From NCBI GenBank assembly GCA_023701265.1, contig JAMPXI010000001.1, positions 12,890-76,889 of the forward strand: a stretch of DNA of 64,000 bases, read 5' to 3'. Below are positions 1 through 11,724 of the stretch, piece after piece; positions within the stretch are counted from its first letter, which is position 1; each line of letters opens with the position of its first letter. The DNA is from Desulfuromonadales bacterium. Its GTDB lineage: Bacteria; Desulfobacterota; Desulfuromonadia; Desulfuromonadales; BM103. The position numbers and the translations under genes were made by a program. Below the pieces are notes generated by a model. The model saw only the letters and a program-made list of their open reading frames with translations. It was not told the origin of the DNA and searched no databases.

Positions 1-446
1 GCCAGACCGGAACGCGGCACCGGGACGCCGATCTTCTCCATCGCCGCTTTGAACAGGGTGCGGTCCTCGGCCTTTTCAATGGCTGGAAGCTTGGCGCCGA
101 TCAACTCGACGCCGAACTTGTCCAGCGTCCCGTTTTTGGCTACCGCCACCGCGGTATTCAGCGCCGTCTGGCCGCCAAGGGTCGGCAGCACCGCGTCAGG
201 CCGTTCCTTCTCGATGATCTTCGCCAACACCTCCGGGGTGACCGGCTCCACATAGGTGCGGTCGGCAAAATCCGGGTCGGTCATGATGGTGGCCGGGTTG
301 GAGTTGAGGAGAATGACGGTGTAGCCCTCCTCCTTGAGCGCCTTGCAGGCCTGGGTTCCGGAGTAATCGAATTCGCACGCCTGGCCGATGATGATGGGGC
401 CGGCACCGATGATCAGGATCTTCTGGATGTCTGTTCTTTTGGGCAT
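1..446 (-). CDS. carB: carbamoyl-phosphate synthase large subunit, N-terminal fragment (continues past left edge)
   Basis: Absent from the ORF track because it is open at the window edge. Reverse translation from ATG (446..444) reads [58 protein letters not shown], the canonical CarB ATP-grasp N-terminus. It lies directly downstream of carA. Confidence 0.93.
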   Translation of the reverse strand, partial: MPKRTDIQKILIIGAGPIIIGQACEFDYSGTQACKALKEEGYTVILLNSNPATIMTDPDFADRTYVEPVTPEVLAKIIEKERPDAVLPTLGGQTALNTAVAVAKNGTLDKFGVELIGAKLPAIEKAEDRTLFKAAMEKIGVPVPRSGL

Positions 447-458
447 TCTTGTCCTCTT

Positions 459-526
459 CGTGATCAGTGATTAGTTATCAGTGATTAGTAAAATCGGAGC
501 CAACTGATCACTGATTACTGATCACG
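459..526. repeat. REP-like imperfect palindrome built from ATCAsTGAT / GATC units (carA-carB intergenic)
   Basis: Outer arms CGTGATCAGT (459-468) and ACTGATCACG (517-526) are exact reverse complements. Inside are two direct ATCAGTGATTAGT units and one ATCACTGAT. There are 3 GATC sites. The right arm covers the carA stop codon. A related copy lies at 12051-12130. Confidence 0.6.
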
Positions 527-1646
527 CCTTTTTGTGCTTTTCCATCAATTGAATAAACTCTTCGAACAGGTAACGCGCATCGTGAGGACCCGGTGAGGCC
601 TCGGGATGGTACTGCACCGAGAAGGCCGGCAGCTTGTTGTGATGCAAACCTTCGACGGTATTGTCGTTGAGATTGATGTGAGTCACCACCGCCGCATCCC
701 GAAGGGAGCCGGGTTCGACGGCAAACCCGTGATTCTGGGCGGTAATTTCGATGTTGTGACCGTCGCCGCGACGCACTGGCTGGTTGCCGCCGCGATGCCC
801 GAACTTGAGTTTGAAGGTTTTTCCGCCCAAGGCAATGGACAGCAACTGATGCCCAAGGCAGATACCGAACAGCGGCACGTTGCCGAGCAGTTGACGAATA
901 TTCTCCTGAGCATAGGCGATCGGTTCAGGATCGCCGGGGCCATTACTCAGGAACACTCCGTCCGGGCGCAGGGCCAGCACCTTGGCGGCGGGAAAGTCGG
1001 CCGGCACCACGGTGACATCGCAGCCACTGCCCACCAGATTGCGCAGGATGTTGCGCTTGATGCCGAAGTCGTAGGCAACGACCCGGAAGCGGCCCTCTCC
1101 CTGGCGCGGTTGATAACCGTTTTCCAGATCCCAGGTCCCCTCGGTCCAGTGATAGGGCTCTTTACAGGTCACCTCGCGAACCAGGTCGCGGCCGACGATG
1201 GACGGCGCAGCCTGGGCTTTAGCCACCAAACTTGCCGGATCGGTGTCGAAGGTGGACAGTACTCCCGTCTGGGCACCCTGGTCGCGAATGTGCCGCACCA
1301 GGGCGCGGGTATCGATCCCTTGCAATCCGACGATGCCATGTTCCTTCAGGTAGGCATCGAGTGACAGGCGGGAGCGCCAGTTGCTCGGGAAGACGCTGGC
1401 TTCCTTGACGATGAACCCGGACAGATGGGGTCGCCATGACTCCATGTCTTCCACATTGATCCCATAGTTGCCGATCAGAGGATAGGTCATGGTGACAATC
1501 TCGCCGCGATAGGACGGATCGGTGAGAATTTCCTGGTAGCCGGTCATGCTGGTGTTGAACACGACTTCACCGGCGATTTCACCTGCCGCGCCGAGAGCCT
1601 TGCCGAAGAAGACCCGGCCGTCGGCCAGGGCCAATGCTGCTTTCAT
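522..1646 (-). CDS. carA: carbamoyl-phosphate synthase small (glutaminase) subunit
   Basis: 374-aa ORF. Class-I amidotransferase catalytic motif GICLGHQLL is present, followed by HRGGNQPV and [11 protein letters not shown]. The carA-carB order is typical. Confidence 0.95.
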   Translation of the reverse strand: MKAALALADGRVFFGKALGAAGEIAGEVVFNTSMTGYQEILTDPSYRGEIVTMTYPLIGNYGINVEDMESWRPHLSGFIVKEASVFPSNWRSRLSLDAYLKEHGIVGLQGIDTRALVRHIRDQGAQTGVLSTFDTDPASLVAKAQAAPSIVGRDLVREVTCKEPYHWTEGTWDLENGYQPRQGEGRFRVVAYDFGIKRNILRNLVGSGCDVTVVPADFPAAKVLALRPDGVFLSNGPGDPEPIAYAQENIRQLLGNVPLFGICLGHQLLSIALGGKTFKLKFGHRGGNQPVRRGDGHNIEITAQNHGFAVEPGSLRDAAVVTHINLNDNTVEGLHHNKLPAFSVQYHPEASPGPHDARYLFEEFIQLMEKHKKA

Positions 1647-1724
1647 GCGTGCTGCTCCTTATGTTCGGTAAAGGCGACCCGGCAGGTCGCCCTGGGCGAG
1701 ACAGCGCTTTGCCCCTACGAAAAC

Positions 1725-2999
1725 CTATTGTTGAAATTTGATTTCGCCGCCGACCACCGTACACTTCGCCGCACCGGTCATCTGCTGGCCAAGGAACGGC
1801 GAGTTCTTCGACTTGCTCCGCAGCCCTTCCGCGGTCACCGTCCATGCGAGATTCGGGTCAATGACCGTGATGTCGGCGGGTGCACCAGCCTGCAGCGTGC
1901 CCCGGCCAAGACCGAGAAGTGCAGAAGGGTTTACCGCCATTTTCTCGACCATCTGCGACAGGGTCAGCACCCCATCCGCCACCAGCCGCAGGGCCAGCGG
2001 CAGCGACGTTTCCAGACCGACAATGCCGTTCAGCGCCTCGTTGAATTCGACATCCTTGTCGTCAAGGTGATGCGGGGCGTGATCGGTGGCGATGCAATCG
2101 ATGGTGCCATCCTTGAGACCGGCCTTGATCGCCGCAACGTCAGCGGCCTCGCGCAGCGGCGGATTCATCTTGGCATAGGTGTTGTAGCCGCGCACCGCAT
2201 CGTCGGTCAGCGTGAAGTAATGCGGCGCGGTCTCGCAGGTCACCTGTACGCCGCGCGCCTTGGCTTCACGGACAATCCGTGTCGATCCGGCAGTCGAAAC
2301 ATGGGCAATGTGCACCGGGGCACCGGTGTACTCAGCCAACATGATTTCACGGGCGGTGGCGATATCCTCGGCCACCCGCGGAATCCCCTTCAGGCCGAGT
2401 TCGGTGGAGGTGAACCCCTCGTTCATCGTCCCCTCCCCCACCAGATCTAGATCTTCGGCGTGGGAGATGACCAGGATGCCGATCCCCTTGGCATACTGCA
2501 GGGCACGGCGCATCAGTTCGGAACTCTTGACCGGCTTGCCATCGTCGGAGACGGCCACGCAGCCGGTTTCCTTGAGCTCGCCCATTTCGCTCATGCGCTC
2601 GCCGCTCATCCCCTGGGTGATGGTGCCAATCGGAAAAACGTTGCAGAAGCCTTCCGCCTTGGCCTTGTTGATGATGTAGCTGGCCACCGCCTTGCCGTCG
2701 ACCACCGGCTTGGTGTTCGGCATGCAGCAGACCGAGGTAAAGCCTCCGGCAACCGCCGCTTGCGTACCGGAAACGATATCTTCCTTGTACTCGAAGCCAG
2801 GATCGCGCAGATGGACATGCATGTCGATCAATCCCGGCGTCACGTAACAACCGGCGGCATCGACGGTTTCGGTGCCGGCCGCTGCCGAAAGCCCTTTGCC
2901 GACCTGCTTGATCCGGCCGTTCTCCACCAATACGTCCAGCACTTCGTCGAGTTTCTGGGTCGGGTCGATCACCCGGCCGCCCTTGATCAGCAGATTCAT
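1725..2999 (-). CDS. pyrC: dihydroorotase
   Basis: 424-aa ORF with amidohydrolase metal motifs [10 protein letters not shown] and TDHAPH. It sits between pyrB and carA. Confidence 0.93.
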   Translation of the reverse strand: MNLLIKGGRVIDPTQKLDEVLDVLVENGRIKQVGKGLSAAAGTETVDAAGCYVTPGLIDMHVHLRDPGFEYKEDIVSGTQAAVAGGFTSVCCMPNTKPVVDGKAVASYIINKAKAEGFCNVFPIGTITQGMSGERMSEMGELKETGCVAVSDDGKPVKSSELMRRALQYAKGIGILVISHAEDLDLVGEGTMNEGFTSTELGLKGIPRVAEDIATAREIMLAEYTGAPVHIAHVSTAGSTRIVREAKARGVQVTCETAPHYFTLTDDAVRGYNTYAKMNPPLREAADVAAIKAGLKDGTIDCIATDHAPHHLDDKDVEFNEALNGIVGLETSLPLALRLVADGVLTLSQMVEKMAVNPSALLGLGRGTLQAGAPADITVIDPNLAWTVTAEGLRSKSKNSPFLGQQMTGAAKCTVVGGEIKFQQ

Positions 3000-3085
3000 A
3001 TGGTCACCTCACAATCAAGATATTGTTTGACGTAGGGGCGCGGTTTCCGCGCCCAGGGCGGGGCAACCCCGCCCCTACGGACACA

Positions 3086-4018
3086 TCATTCCACACTCCC
3101 ACCGCCACTGACGTGGTACAGCATCGCCATCCTCACCGCCACCCCATTTTCCACCTGCTTGAGGATATGCGACTGGTCGCCGTCGACCACATAGGACGAC
3201 ATCTCGACGCCGCGGTTGATCGGGCCCGGGTGCATGACCATGGCATTGGGCTTGGCCAATTTCAGATTGGTCGGGTTGAGCCCGAAATAACGCGAATATT
3301 CGCGGGTATTGGGCATCAGCGTCTTCCCCTGCCGCTCCTGCTGGATGCGCAGCATCATGACGACATCGGCATCCTGGATGGCCTCCTTCATGGTGCCGCA
3401 AACCGTCACGTTGCCAAGCTTCTCGACTCCCGGCGGCATCATGGTCGGCGGACCGGCCAGAAAGATGCTGGACCCCATCTTGGTCAGCCCCTGGATGTCG
3501 GAGCGCGCCACACGGCTGTGAGTGATGTCGCCGACAATAGCCACCTTCAGCCCGTCGAGACGGCCGAACTGGTCCTTGATGGTCAGCATGTCAAGCAGCC
3601 CCTGGGAGGGGTGCTCGTGGGCACCGTCGCCGGCATTGATGATCGAACAGTTGACCTTGTTGGCCAGGAAATAGTGTGAACCGGACACAGCATGGCGCAT
3701 GACGATGATATCCGGCTTCATGGCCAGCAGATTAAGTGCCGTGTCGGCCAGGGTCTCACCCTTGGTGGCCGAACTGGTCGAGGGAGAGATGTTGACGGCG
3801 TCGGCGGACAGACGCTTGGCGGCAATTTCGAAGGAAGTGCGGGTCCTGGTCGATGATTCGTAGAACAGGTTGATGATCGTCTTGCCGCGCAGGGTCGGAA
3901 CCTTCTTGATGTCGCGGCTGTTGATCTCGCGCATGCTCTCGGCCGTGGCGATCAGCAGCTCGATCTCCTCCTTGTTCAGGTCCCGCAGGGCAATGATGTG
4001 CTTGTGCCGGAATGACAT
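3086..4018 (-). CDS. pyrB: aspartate carbamoyltransferase catalytic subunit
   Basis: 310-aa ORF with the carbamoyl-phosphate binding motif [10 protein letters not shown], plus HPSQGLLD and HPGPINRG. Confidence 0.95.
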   Translation of the reverse strand: MSFRHKHIIALRDLNKEEIELLIATAESMREINSRDIKKVPTLRGKTIINLFYESSTRTRTSFEIAAKRLSADAVNISPSTSSATKGETLADTALNLLAMKPDIIVMRHAVSGSHYFLANKVNCSIINAGDGAHEHPSQGLLDMLTIKDQFGRLDGLKVAIVGDITHSRVARSDIQGLTKMGSSIFLAGPPTMMPPGVEKLGNVTVCGTMKEAIQDADVVMMLRIQQERQGKTLMPNTREYSRYFGLNPTNLKLAKPNAMVMHPGPINRGVEMSSYVVDGDQSHILKQVENGVAVRMAMLYHVSGGGSVE

Positions 4019-4038
4019 GTCTCTCCTCCCTCGAACGG

Positions 4039-4575
4039 TTAGGGCTTGACCAGTTTGACTTCAATCGGATGATGCGTATCGTCGAAGCGGACCTTGACGT
4101 CCTCTTCCTGGGCGGTCGGCACATTGCGGCCGACGTAGTCGGCACGGATTGGCAGTTCGCGATGACCACGGTCGATCAGCACCGCCAGCTGTATGCAGCG
4201 TGGCCGGCCAAGGTCGATCAGGGCATCCATCGCCGCGCGGATGGTACGGCCGGTATAGAGCACATCGTCGACCAGCACGATCCGTTTGCCGTCGAGGGGA
4301 AACGGGATGTCGGTCTTGCCGACCGGCAGGTTGCCGCGGGCCGCCAGGTCGTCGCGATACATGGTGATGTCGACTGCACCGAGGGGCACATCGACCTTTT
4401 CGATTTCGCTGATGCGCGCCTGCAATTGGCCGGCGAGATAGTCGCCGCCGCTGCGGATACCGACCAGCGCCAGGTCTTCGACCCCCTTGTTGCGTTCGAG
4501 AATTTCGTGGGCAATGCGGGTCAGCGCGCGGTTGACGCCGGCCTGGTCAAGAATGACGGTTTCACTCGCAGACAT
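4039..4575 (-). CDS. pyrR: bifunctional pyrimidine operon regulator / uracil phosphoribosyltransferase PyrR
   Basis: Track ORF 4039..4650 trimmed to ATG 4575, which is preceded by GGAGGAG. PRPP-binding motif [12 protein letters not shown] is present. It is the first gene of the pyr operon. Confidence 0.9.
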   Translation of the reverse strand: MSASETVILDQAGVNRALTRIAHEILERNKGVEDLALVGIRSGGDYLAGQLQARISEIEKVDVPLGAVDITMYRDDLAARGNLPVGKTDIPFPLDGKRIVLVDDVLYTGRTIRAAMDALIDLGRPRCIQLAVLIDRGHRELPIRADYVGRNVPTAQEEDVKVRFDDTHHPIEVKLVKP

Positions 4576-4600
4576 GGCTCCTCCTCGTTCCGGTTTGGAC

Positions 4601-4638
4601 AAAAAAAGAGCCCCCCCACCGAGTGGCGGGGAGACTCC
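4601..4638 (-). terminator. intrinsic terminator of the pyrR leader (attenuator)
   Basis: The minus strand reads GGAGTCTCCCCGCCACTCGGTGGGGGGGCTC followed by TTTTTTT. This is a GC-rich hairpin plus a 7-U tract located 25 nt upstream of the pyrR ATG, inside the 5' leader. Confidence 0.7.
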
Positions 4639-4679
4639 GGGAAGACGCAATTTTTACAGCGATTTCTGTCAAGTTGCCG

Positions 4680-4712
4680 CCTTTGCCGACCTCTCGGGAT
4701 CAGCTTAAAAGG
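4680..4712 (-). promoter_or_regulatory. PyrR-binding (anti-antiterminator) hairpin
   Basis: The minus strand reads CCTTTTAAGCTGA-TCCCGAGAGG-TCGGCAAAGG. The stem flanks a loop matching the PyrR RNA recognition consensus (A/G)UCCAGAGAGG, with one change. It sits upstream of the leader terminator. Confidence 0.6.
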
Positions 4713-4736
4713 GGATGGTCAGAATGAATTGAGCGG

Positions 4737-4766
4737 ACTATATCAGGGGGTGGCAGCGGCCGTCAA
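4737..4766 (-). promoter_or_regulatory. putative sigma70 promoter of the pyr operon
   Basis: The minus strand reads TTGACG-N18-TATAGT, about 155 nt upstream of the pyrR ATG. Confidence 0.45.
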
Positions 4767-4800
4767 CGGCTAATTGCCGGCGACCGAAAATGTTGTGCAA

Positions 4801-5454
4801 CTATTTGAAACCGCAGCCTTTTGTTCCCGGGTCGCAAATCGTGTCGAAAAGCTGCCGCTTGGTCATTGCCCCGCTCTGCAGCTGCTTCACCCAGTACTCC
4901 AGCCCCTCCGGGTCAGGCTCGCGATGCAGCTTTTCGCGATAGACCTGGATGACAAAATAACGGTCCTCCTCGACGGACTTCGACGCGCTGTAACGGACGA
5001 CTGTCGCGGACGTCTCCCGCGGGCGCTCCGTTCCGACGGCCGGGCTGGCCGCCGGAGCCTTGCCGGCTGGCTGCCGGCCACCGCCTCCCGCAAGCACCTC
5101 GGCAATGCGCTGCGGCAGGTCACCGGAGATCCCCTGCCGGCCGATCAGTGTCAATTCGCCGACCGGCCCGATCACCACGAACTGTCCGGGCTTGCCGGCG
5201 GCGTAACCGGCTTCGACCAGGGCCAGTTCCGCCGTAGCATAGCGGTTGAGCCACGCCTCGACCTCGGCGGCATCAGGCAGGACCACGACGTTGACAGTCG
5301 TTCCCAGGCCACGGCCGAGCTGAGTGGCAAGCTGGTCAGCCCGTTCCCGCACGGTGGTCCCGGACTGTTGGCTGACCGCCATCGTCACAGCCGCATGGGC
5401 CGAGGCAAAACCCGACAACAACAACATGATGCAAAGAAAAGTTCGCACAGCCAT
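4801..5454 (-). CDS. secreted hypothetical protein with DUF4214-like C-terminal module
   Basis: 217-aa ORF with a strong SD (GGGAGGAAAGT) before ATG 5454 and the signal peptide MAVRTFLCIMLLLSGFASAHA. The C-terminus YREKLHREPDPEGLEYWVKQLQSGAMTKRQLFDTI follows the DUF4214 pattern. Function is unknown. Confidence 0.6.
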   Translation of the reverse strand: MAVRTFLCIMLLLSGFASAHAAVTMAVSQQSGTTVRERADQLATQLGRGLGTTVNVVVLPDAAEVEAWLNRYATAELALVEAGYAAGKPGQFVVIGPVGELTLIGRQGISGDLPQRIAEVLAGGGGRQPAGKAPAASPAVGTERPRETSATVVRYSASKSVEEDRYFVIQVYREKLHREPDPEGLEYWVKQLQSGAMTKRQLFDTICDPGTKGCGFK

Positions 5455-5479
5455 ACTTTCCTCCCTGCCGTTGTTCCAG

Positions 5480-6177
5480 CTAGTTGATCAGCCGGCCAAT
5501 GCGGCTCCAGCGCGGCCGGAAACTTTCGTTGTCCCAGGACCAGTACTTGATGAAAGCCAACCCCTTGATCTCGGCATTACTGACAAATCCCCAGAAGCGG
5601 CCGTCGTAGGAACGATCGCGGTTGTCGCCCATCATGAAATATTGACCGGCCGGCACCTTGATTGGCGGCATGGTATCCCGGCACCATTGGGCTCGGGGAA
5701 ACGCAGGGGTATCACAGCCGGAAACCCCTTCGAAAAGAGTGGCATCCTTATGGACTTCTTCGGGCAGCCGGAAAGGCTGGCCATTGACAAAGACCTGTTT
5801 GTTGCGGATCTCCACGGTGTCGCCGGGAACTCCGATCAGGCGCTTGATGAAATCGCGGCGTTTCCAAAACGACTGGCCGCGGTCTTCGGGAAACTCAAAG
5901 ACCACTATATCTCCGCGCTGTGGTTCGCGGATGGTCAGAAAGCGTCTGTCGATCCCGGGTATCTGCAGACCGTAAATGAACTTGTTGACCAACAGGTGAT
6001 CGCCGATCAGCAGCGTGTCCTCCATGGAACCGGACGGAATCTTGAATGCCTGCACAACGAAGGTACGAATGATCAGAGCCAGTATGGCGGCGACGAACAG
6101 GGCCTCCGTCCAGTCACGGATTGCCGATTTTTGGCGGGATTTGCCGGTTGACGCCGATTTTTTGCTGAACAGTCCCA

Positions 6178-6178
<1 letters not shown>
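5480..6178 (-). CDS. lepB: signal peptidase I
   Basis: Track ORF 5480..6319 trimmed to GTG 6178, which shares one base with the lepA TAG (TAGTG). Motifs are the catalytic-Ser box IPSGSMEDTL, then GDHLLVNK, RGDIVVF and GDNRDRSYDGRFWG. Confidence 0.88.
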
Positions 6179-7983
<1,805 letters not shown>

Positions 7984-8088
7984 CAGTATGTTGTCCAGTT
8001 TGCGTGACGATTCGGAAACACTCAAAAATAGCGGAAAGATCAGTACAAGTAAAGGCTGAAAAGGTACCTGGAAGTCACTGCTTTAAAC

Positions 8089-8117
8089 TTGCGAGTTATG
8101 CAAGGCGCATCTAGAAT
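8089..8117 (+). promoter_or_regulatory. putative sigma70 promoter of the acyl-CoA synthetase gene
   Basis: TTGCGA-N17-TAGAAT lies 37 nt upstream of ATG 8154. It overlaps the inverted repeat CTTGC-N7-GCAAG, a possible operator. Confidence 0.4.
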
Positions 8118-8153
8118 TAAAGCTGTACGGAAACAGATTTTTGGGGAGGCACA

Positions 8154-10013
8154 ATGTCACTGATTATCGACATGCTGCGGCAGAGTTGTCTGAAATTCGG
8201 CGACAAGCCTGCGTTTCGCTCCAAGGTGGCCGGACGCTGGGTCGATTACAGCTACCGTCAGTTGTGGTCTGATTCCGACCGGATTGCCACGGCGTTGGCC
8301 AACTGGGGGCTGCACTGCGGTGATCGTGCCGCCATCCTGGCACCGGCTTCACCGACATGGGTGGCCGCCTATTTCGGCATCATGAAGGCGGACGGCATCG
8401 TCGTCCCCATCGACAAGGAACTCAAGCGCGGCGAGTTGCGTCATATCCTGGAGGACTGCGGCGCACGCTTGCTCTTCATCACGGAAGACTACCTCGAAAC
8501 GGCAAGGGAACTTCTTGGGCAACTGCCGGCCCTTGAAAAAATCATCCTGCTGGCCCCACCCCTGACCAGCAAGGTCCGCATGCCCCCCCAGGCCGTGGGA
8601 GCTTTGTCCGACCTGATCAGCGAATGGCGTCGACTGGCGCAGGATTACCATATCCGCAAGGAAGACATCCGGCGTCTGGAGGCCAGTGCCGAGAGCCTGC
8701 AGAAATTGCTCACGACCGGCGTCTCGTGGGCGGAAACCGGCAGTCAGGTGCACCATAGCCTGCTGGGAAGGGAACGCAGGAAACAGGAAGACCACGTCAT
8801 TGAAACACTGGACGACTTTCAGAAAGACGGCAAACCGCCGGTAGTGACCCGCCGTCCCGACGATCCGGCGGTCATTCTTTATACCTCAGGCACGACCGGC
8901 CGTTCGAAGGGCGCCATGCTCAGCCATACGAACCTGCTCAGCAACATCCGTACCGTCACTCCGATATTCAAACTCGACGAAAACATCCGCATGCTCTCCT
9001 TTCTGCCGATCAATCATGTCTTCGAACAGGTTGGCGGCATGCTCCTGCCGCTGTCTCTCGGCGGCACCGTCAGTTTCGCGGAAAGTCTCAAAAAACTTGG
9101 AGACAACCTGGGCGAGGTCAAACCCAATTTCCTGCTCGGCGTCCCCGCGGTCTTTCGCATGCTGCTCGACCGCCTGCAAAAGAATATCCAGAGCCAGTTT
9201 CTCTCCCGGACGCTCTTCTCCTTTGCCTTGACCCGCCCCCTGGTGGTCCGCAAGGTCCGGGAAGCCCTCGGTGGCATCCCGACCTTCGTCAGCGGCGGCG
9301 CCGCGCTAGACCCCGAGGTTGCACAAGGCCTGATGGATTTGGGGATCGTGGTCTACCAGGGCTATGGCATTACCGAAACCTCCCCGGTCATCTCGGCGGA
9401 ACGCCCGAATGTACGAAAACTGGGCACGGTCGGCCCGCCACTCCCCGATGTCGAGGTGCGCATCCATGAACCGAATGAAGAGGGAATCGGCGAAATCTGG
9501 GTGAAGGGTCCGAACGTTATGCTCGGTTATTACAACAATCCCCAGGCTACGGCCGAAGTCCTGACCGACGGCTGGTATCATACCGGGGATCTTGGCCGCC
9601 TGGACGGCAATGGCATCCTGTCAATCTGCGGCCGTCTGAAGAACCTGATCGTCACCGCCAACGGCAAGAATGTCTATCCGGAAGAAGTCGAAGTCGAGCT
9701 GCTGCACAGCCCCTTCATCGCCGAGGCCATGGTCTACGGGCACAAGGTCAGCAACACGGCCGAAGAGGTTTACGCCATCATCTATCCGAATCAGGAGGCG
9801 CTCGACCGTTATTCCCAGGAGCACGGGCTTGCTCCCATGACCGAAAAAAAGGTCGAGGACCTGATCAGGGCGGAAGTCCTCAAGGTCGGCAAAAATCTCG
9901 CGGATTACAAGCGCATCCGTAAATTCACCCTGCGCGAAGACGAATTCCCGAAGACCACCACCCGCAAGATCAAGCGCTACATCGTGGAAGCCGGCATAGA
10001 CATGCAGGAATAA
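8154..10013 (+). CDS. long-chain acyl-CoA synthetase (AMP-forming)
   Basis: 619-aa ORF with SD GGGGAGG. Adenylate-forming motifs are YTSGTTGRSKGAML, GYGITE, WYHTGDLG and GRLKNLI. Confidence 0.88.
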   Translation: MSLIIDMLRQSCLKFGDKPAFRSKVAGRWVDYSYRQLWSDSDRIATALANWGLHCGDRAAILAPASPTWVAAYFGIMKADGIVVPIDKELKRGELRHILEDCGARLLFITEDYLETARELLGQLPALEKIILLAPPLTSKVRMPPQAVGALSDLISEWRRLAQDYHIRKEDIRRLEASAESLQKLLTTGVSWAETGSQVHHSLLGRERRKQEDHVIETLDDFQKDGKPPVVTRRPDDPAVILYTSGTTGRSKGAMLSHTNLLSNIRTVTPIFKLDENIRMLSFLPINHVFEQVGGMLLPLSLGGTVSFAESLKKLGDNLGEVKPNFLLGVPAVFRMLLDRLQKNIQSQFLSRTLFSFALTRPLVVRKVREALGGIPTFVSGGAALDPEVAQGLMDLGIVVYQGYGITETSPVISAERPNVRKLGTVGPPLPDVEVRIHEPNEEGIGEIWVKGPNVMLGYYNNPQATAEVLTDGWYHTGDLGRLDGNGILSICGRLKNLIVTANGKNVYPEEVEVELLHSPFIAEAMVYGHKVSNTAEEVYAIIYPNQEALDRYSQEHGLAPMTEKKVEDLIRAEVLKVGKNLADYKRIRKFTLREDEFPKTTTRKIKRYIVEAGIDMQE

Positions 10014-10036
10014 GCATCCCAAAATACATCAGCATA

Positions 10037-10069
10037 AATGCCGCAACCTTTCGAGGTTGCGGCATTTTT
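10037..10069 (+). terminator. intrinsic terminator
   Basis: AATGCCGCAACCT-TTCG-AGGTTGCGGCATT forms a 13-bp perfect stem with a 4-nt loop and runs into TTTTT. It lies 24 nt after the acyl-CoA synthetase stop. Confidence 0.85.
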
Positions 10070-10104
10070 AGTATTGCAAACCATTACCCTTCCGGCGGGA
10101 ATGA

Positions 10105-10803
10105 TCATACCCCGAAACAACGGCGCAGCGCGATGCCGACCTCTTCAGAAATATCGATGAACTCCAGCCCGTATCCGAACGGGTAATTCGGCTTGATCGG
10201 TGCATCCGGCAGGTTGACCCAGGCAATCCGACCGGTCAGCTTGATAACCGTCCGCTCCCGGTCCGGCAACCGCAGGCGCAGTTGCAACAAATCCCCCTTG
10301 CCGGCACGCGGGTCAATCCTGAGAAACATGCCGCCGCTGCTGATGTCGACGCAAAGGCCGTGACGCTCAACCCCTCCCCATTCGAACGACACCGGAATAT
10401 CGCAGTCACGGCGTGACTCGCGACGATCGATGCCGGCCAGCAGTCGGTGCCCGGCCTCAAGAAACTGACGACGATCGAGCGGCTTGGTGAGAAATCCAGA
10501 GCTGCCGGCAGCGGCCGCCTGTGCCTGTTGGTCCGGAGAGTTCTTGTCGCCGATCAGGATGATCGGAATCCCCTGCAGTTCCTGGTCGCCCTTGAACTGC
10601 CTGCAACACGTCAAGCCATCGACTTCGGGCATGTCGATATCCATGAAGACCAGGCTGGGACGATGGCTGCGTGCCAGCGCAAGTGCTTCGCCAGCGCTCT
10701 TCGCCTCAAGCAGGGAGGCTGGCGTGTTGCGCAGAAACTGGCGCTCGAGGTTGAGAAAAAACGGCGAATCGTCGACCAGCAGGATGCAAAGCGGTGTCGG
10801 CAT
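10105..10803 (-). CDS. response-regulator receiver fused to a PilZ (c-di-GMP binding) domain
   Basis: Track ORF trimmed to ATG 10803 (MPTPLCILLVDDSPFF). Receiver residues are DD, FMDIDMP and LTKP. PilZ motifs are RRESRR (RxxxR) and DISSGG (DxSxxG). Confidence 0.8.
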   Translation of the reverse strand: MPTPLCILLVDDSPFFLNLERQFLRNTPASLLEAKSAGEALALARSHRPSLVFMDIDMPEVDGLTCCRQFKGDQELQGIPIILIGDKNSPDQQAQAAAAGSSGFLTKPLDRRQFLEAGHRLLAGIDRRESRRDCDIPVSFEWGGVERHGLCVDISSGGMFLRIDPRAGKGDLLQLRLRLPDRERTVIKLTGRIAWVNLPDAPIKPNYPFGYGLEFIDISEEVGIALRRCFGV

Positions 10804-10805
10804 TA

Positions 10806-11648
10806 CTATATCTCCAGAACCGAACCCACGGAAGCAAAGAATACCTGCTCTGGGAAGCGCCCGTAAAGGAGGGCACCCCGTGTCTGCCCGGTACAATGGC
10901 TGACGCCGATCCTGGCTGTCTCCAGTGAAGCAAGGTATTTCAAGGTTGCGATGAACTGCGGTTCCCCCGCCGGGCCAAGATGCGTCCCGCCGATGACGGC
11001 ATGCAGCGGCCGACTGCCCAGTTGGCGGCGGAAGTGCTCAACAGAATTGATCAGCCCGGCATGCGCGCAGCCGAGCAGAATGACCAGTCCCTTTGAGGTT
11101 TCAACGGCAAGAGCGGCATCGTCCTCAAATGGATCCGCCATCATTTTCCCACCCACCGACACTTCCTGTACCAGGCAAGGATCACCAGCTTCGTCCGGCG
11201 AAGTGCGCGGGATGCATCCGCTGAACCACAGCCCCCCGGCAATTTCGCTGCACTCGTCCAGATAACGGAAGCGCGCACCGGCAGCTTCAAGTTCAGCGCG
11301 GCCGACCGCCAGGCCAACGCTGCGTCGCTCCTCGCCCTTGACGAAAAAACGCTCGGCGAAAATCCCCGGATGGGCGAAGACCGGTCGGGGGCCCGTGCGC
11401 TGCAACAGCGGCAGCAGGCCCCCGGTGTGATCATCGTGCCCATGGCTGAGAACCACGGCATCGATACTTTGCGGATCGATGCCGAGTGTCTCAAGGTTGT
11501 GCAGCAGCGTCAGCCCTCGACCCGTGTCGAACAGCAGGCGCCCGGCCGGACTGTCGATCAGACAGGCGAAACCGTGCTCGCCGATCAGCGGCAACGGTCG
11601 TCCGACCGTGTTCTCGCAGATAATCGTCAATTTCACCGAATTCACCAT
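10806..11648 (-). CDS. MBL-fold metallo-hydrolase
   Basis: Metallo-beta-lactamase motif VLSHGHDDHTGG. I prefer ATG 11648 over the track GTG 11657. The stop is 2 nt before the receiver-PilZ ATG. Confidence 0.8.
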   Translation of the reverse strand: MVNSVKLTIICENTVGRPLPLIGEHGFACLIDSPAGRLLFDTGRGLTLLHNLETLGIDPQSIDAVVLSHGHDDHTGGLLPLLQRTGPRPVFAHPGIFAERFFVKGEERRSVGLAVGRAELEAAGARFRYLDECSEIAGGLWFSGCIPRTSPDEAGDPCLVQEVSVGGKMMADPFEDDAALAVETSKGLVILLGCAHAGLINSVEHFRRQLGSRPLHAVIGGTHLGPAGEPQFIATLKYLASLETARIGVSHCTGQTRGALLYGRFPEQVFFASVGSVLEI

Positions 11649-11724
11649 GCAAATCACCTTTTCCGGCGGGAGGAATAGAATTCCCGCTTTTACTCAAACC
11701 AGCACAATGCTATAGTCCGCGCCT

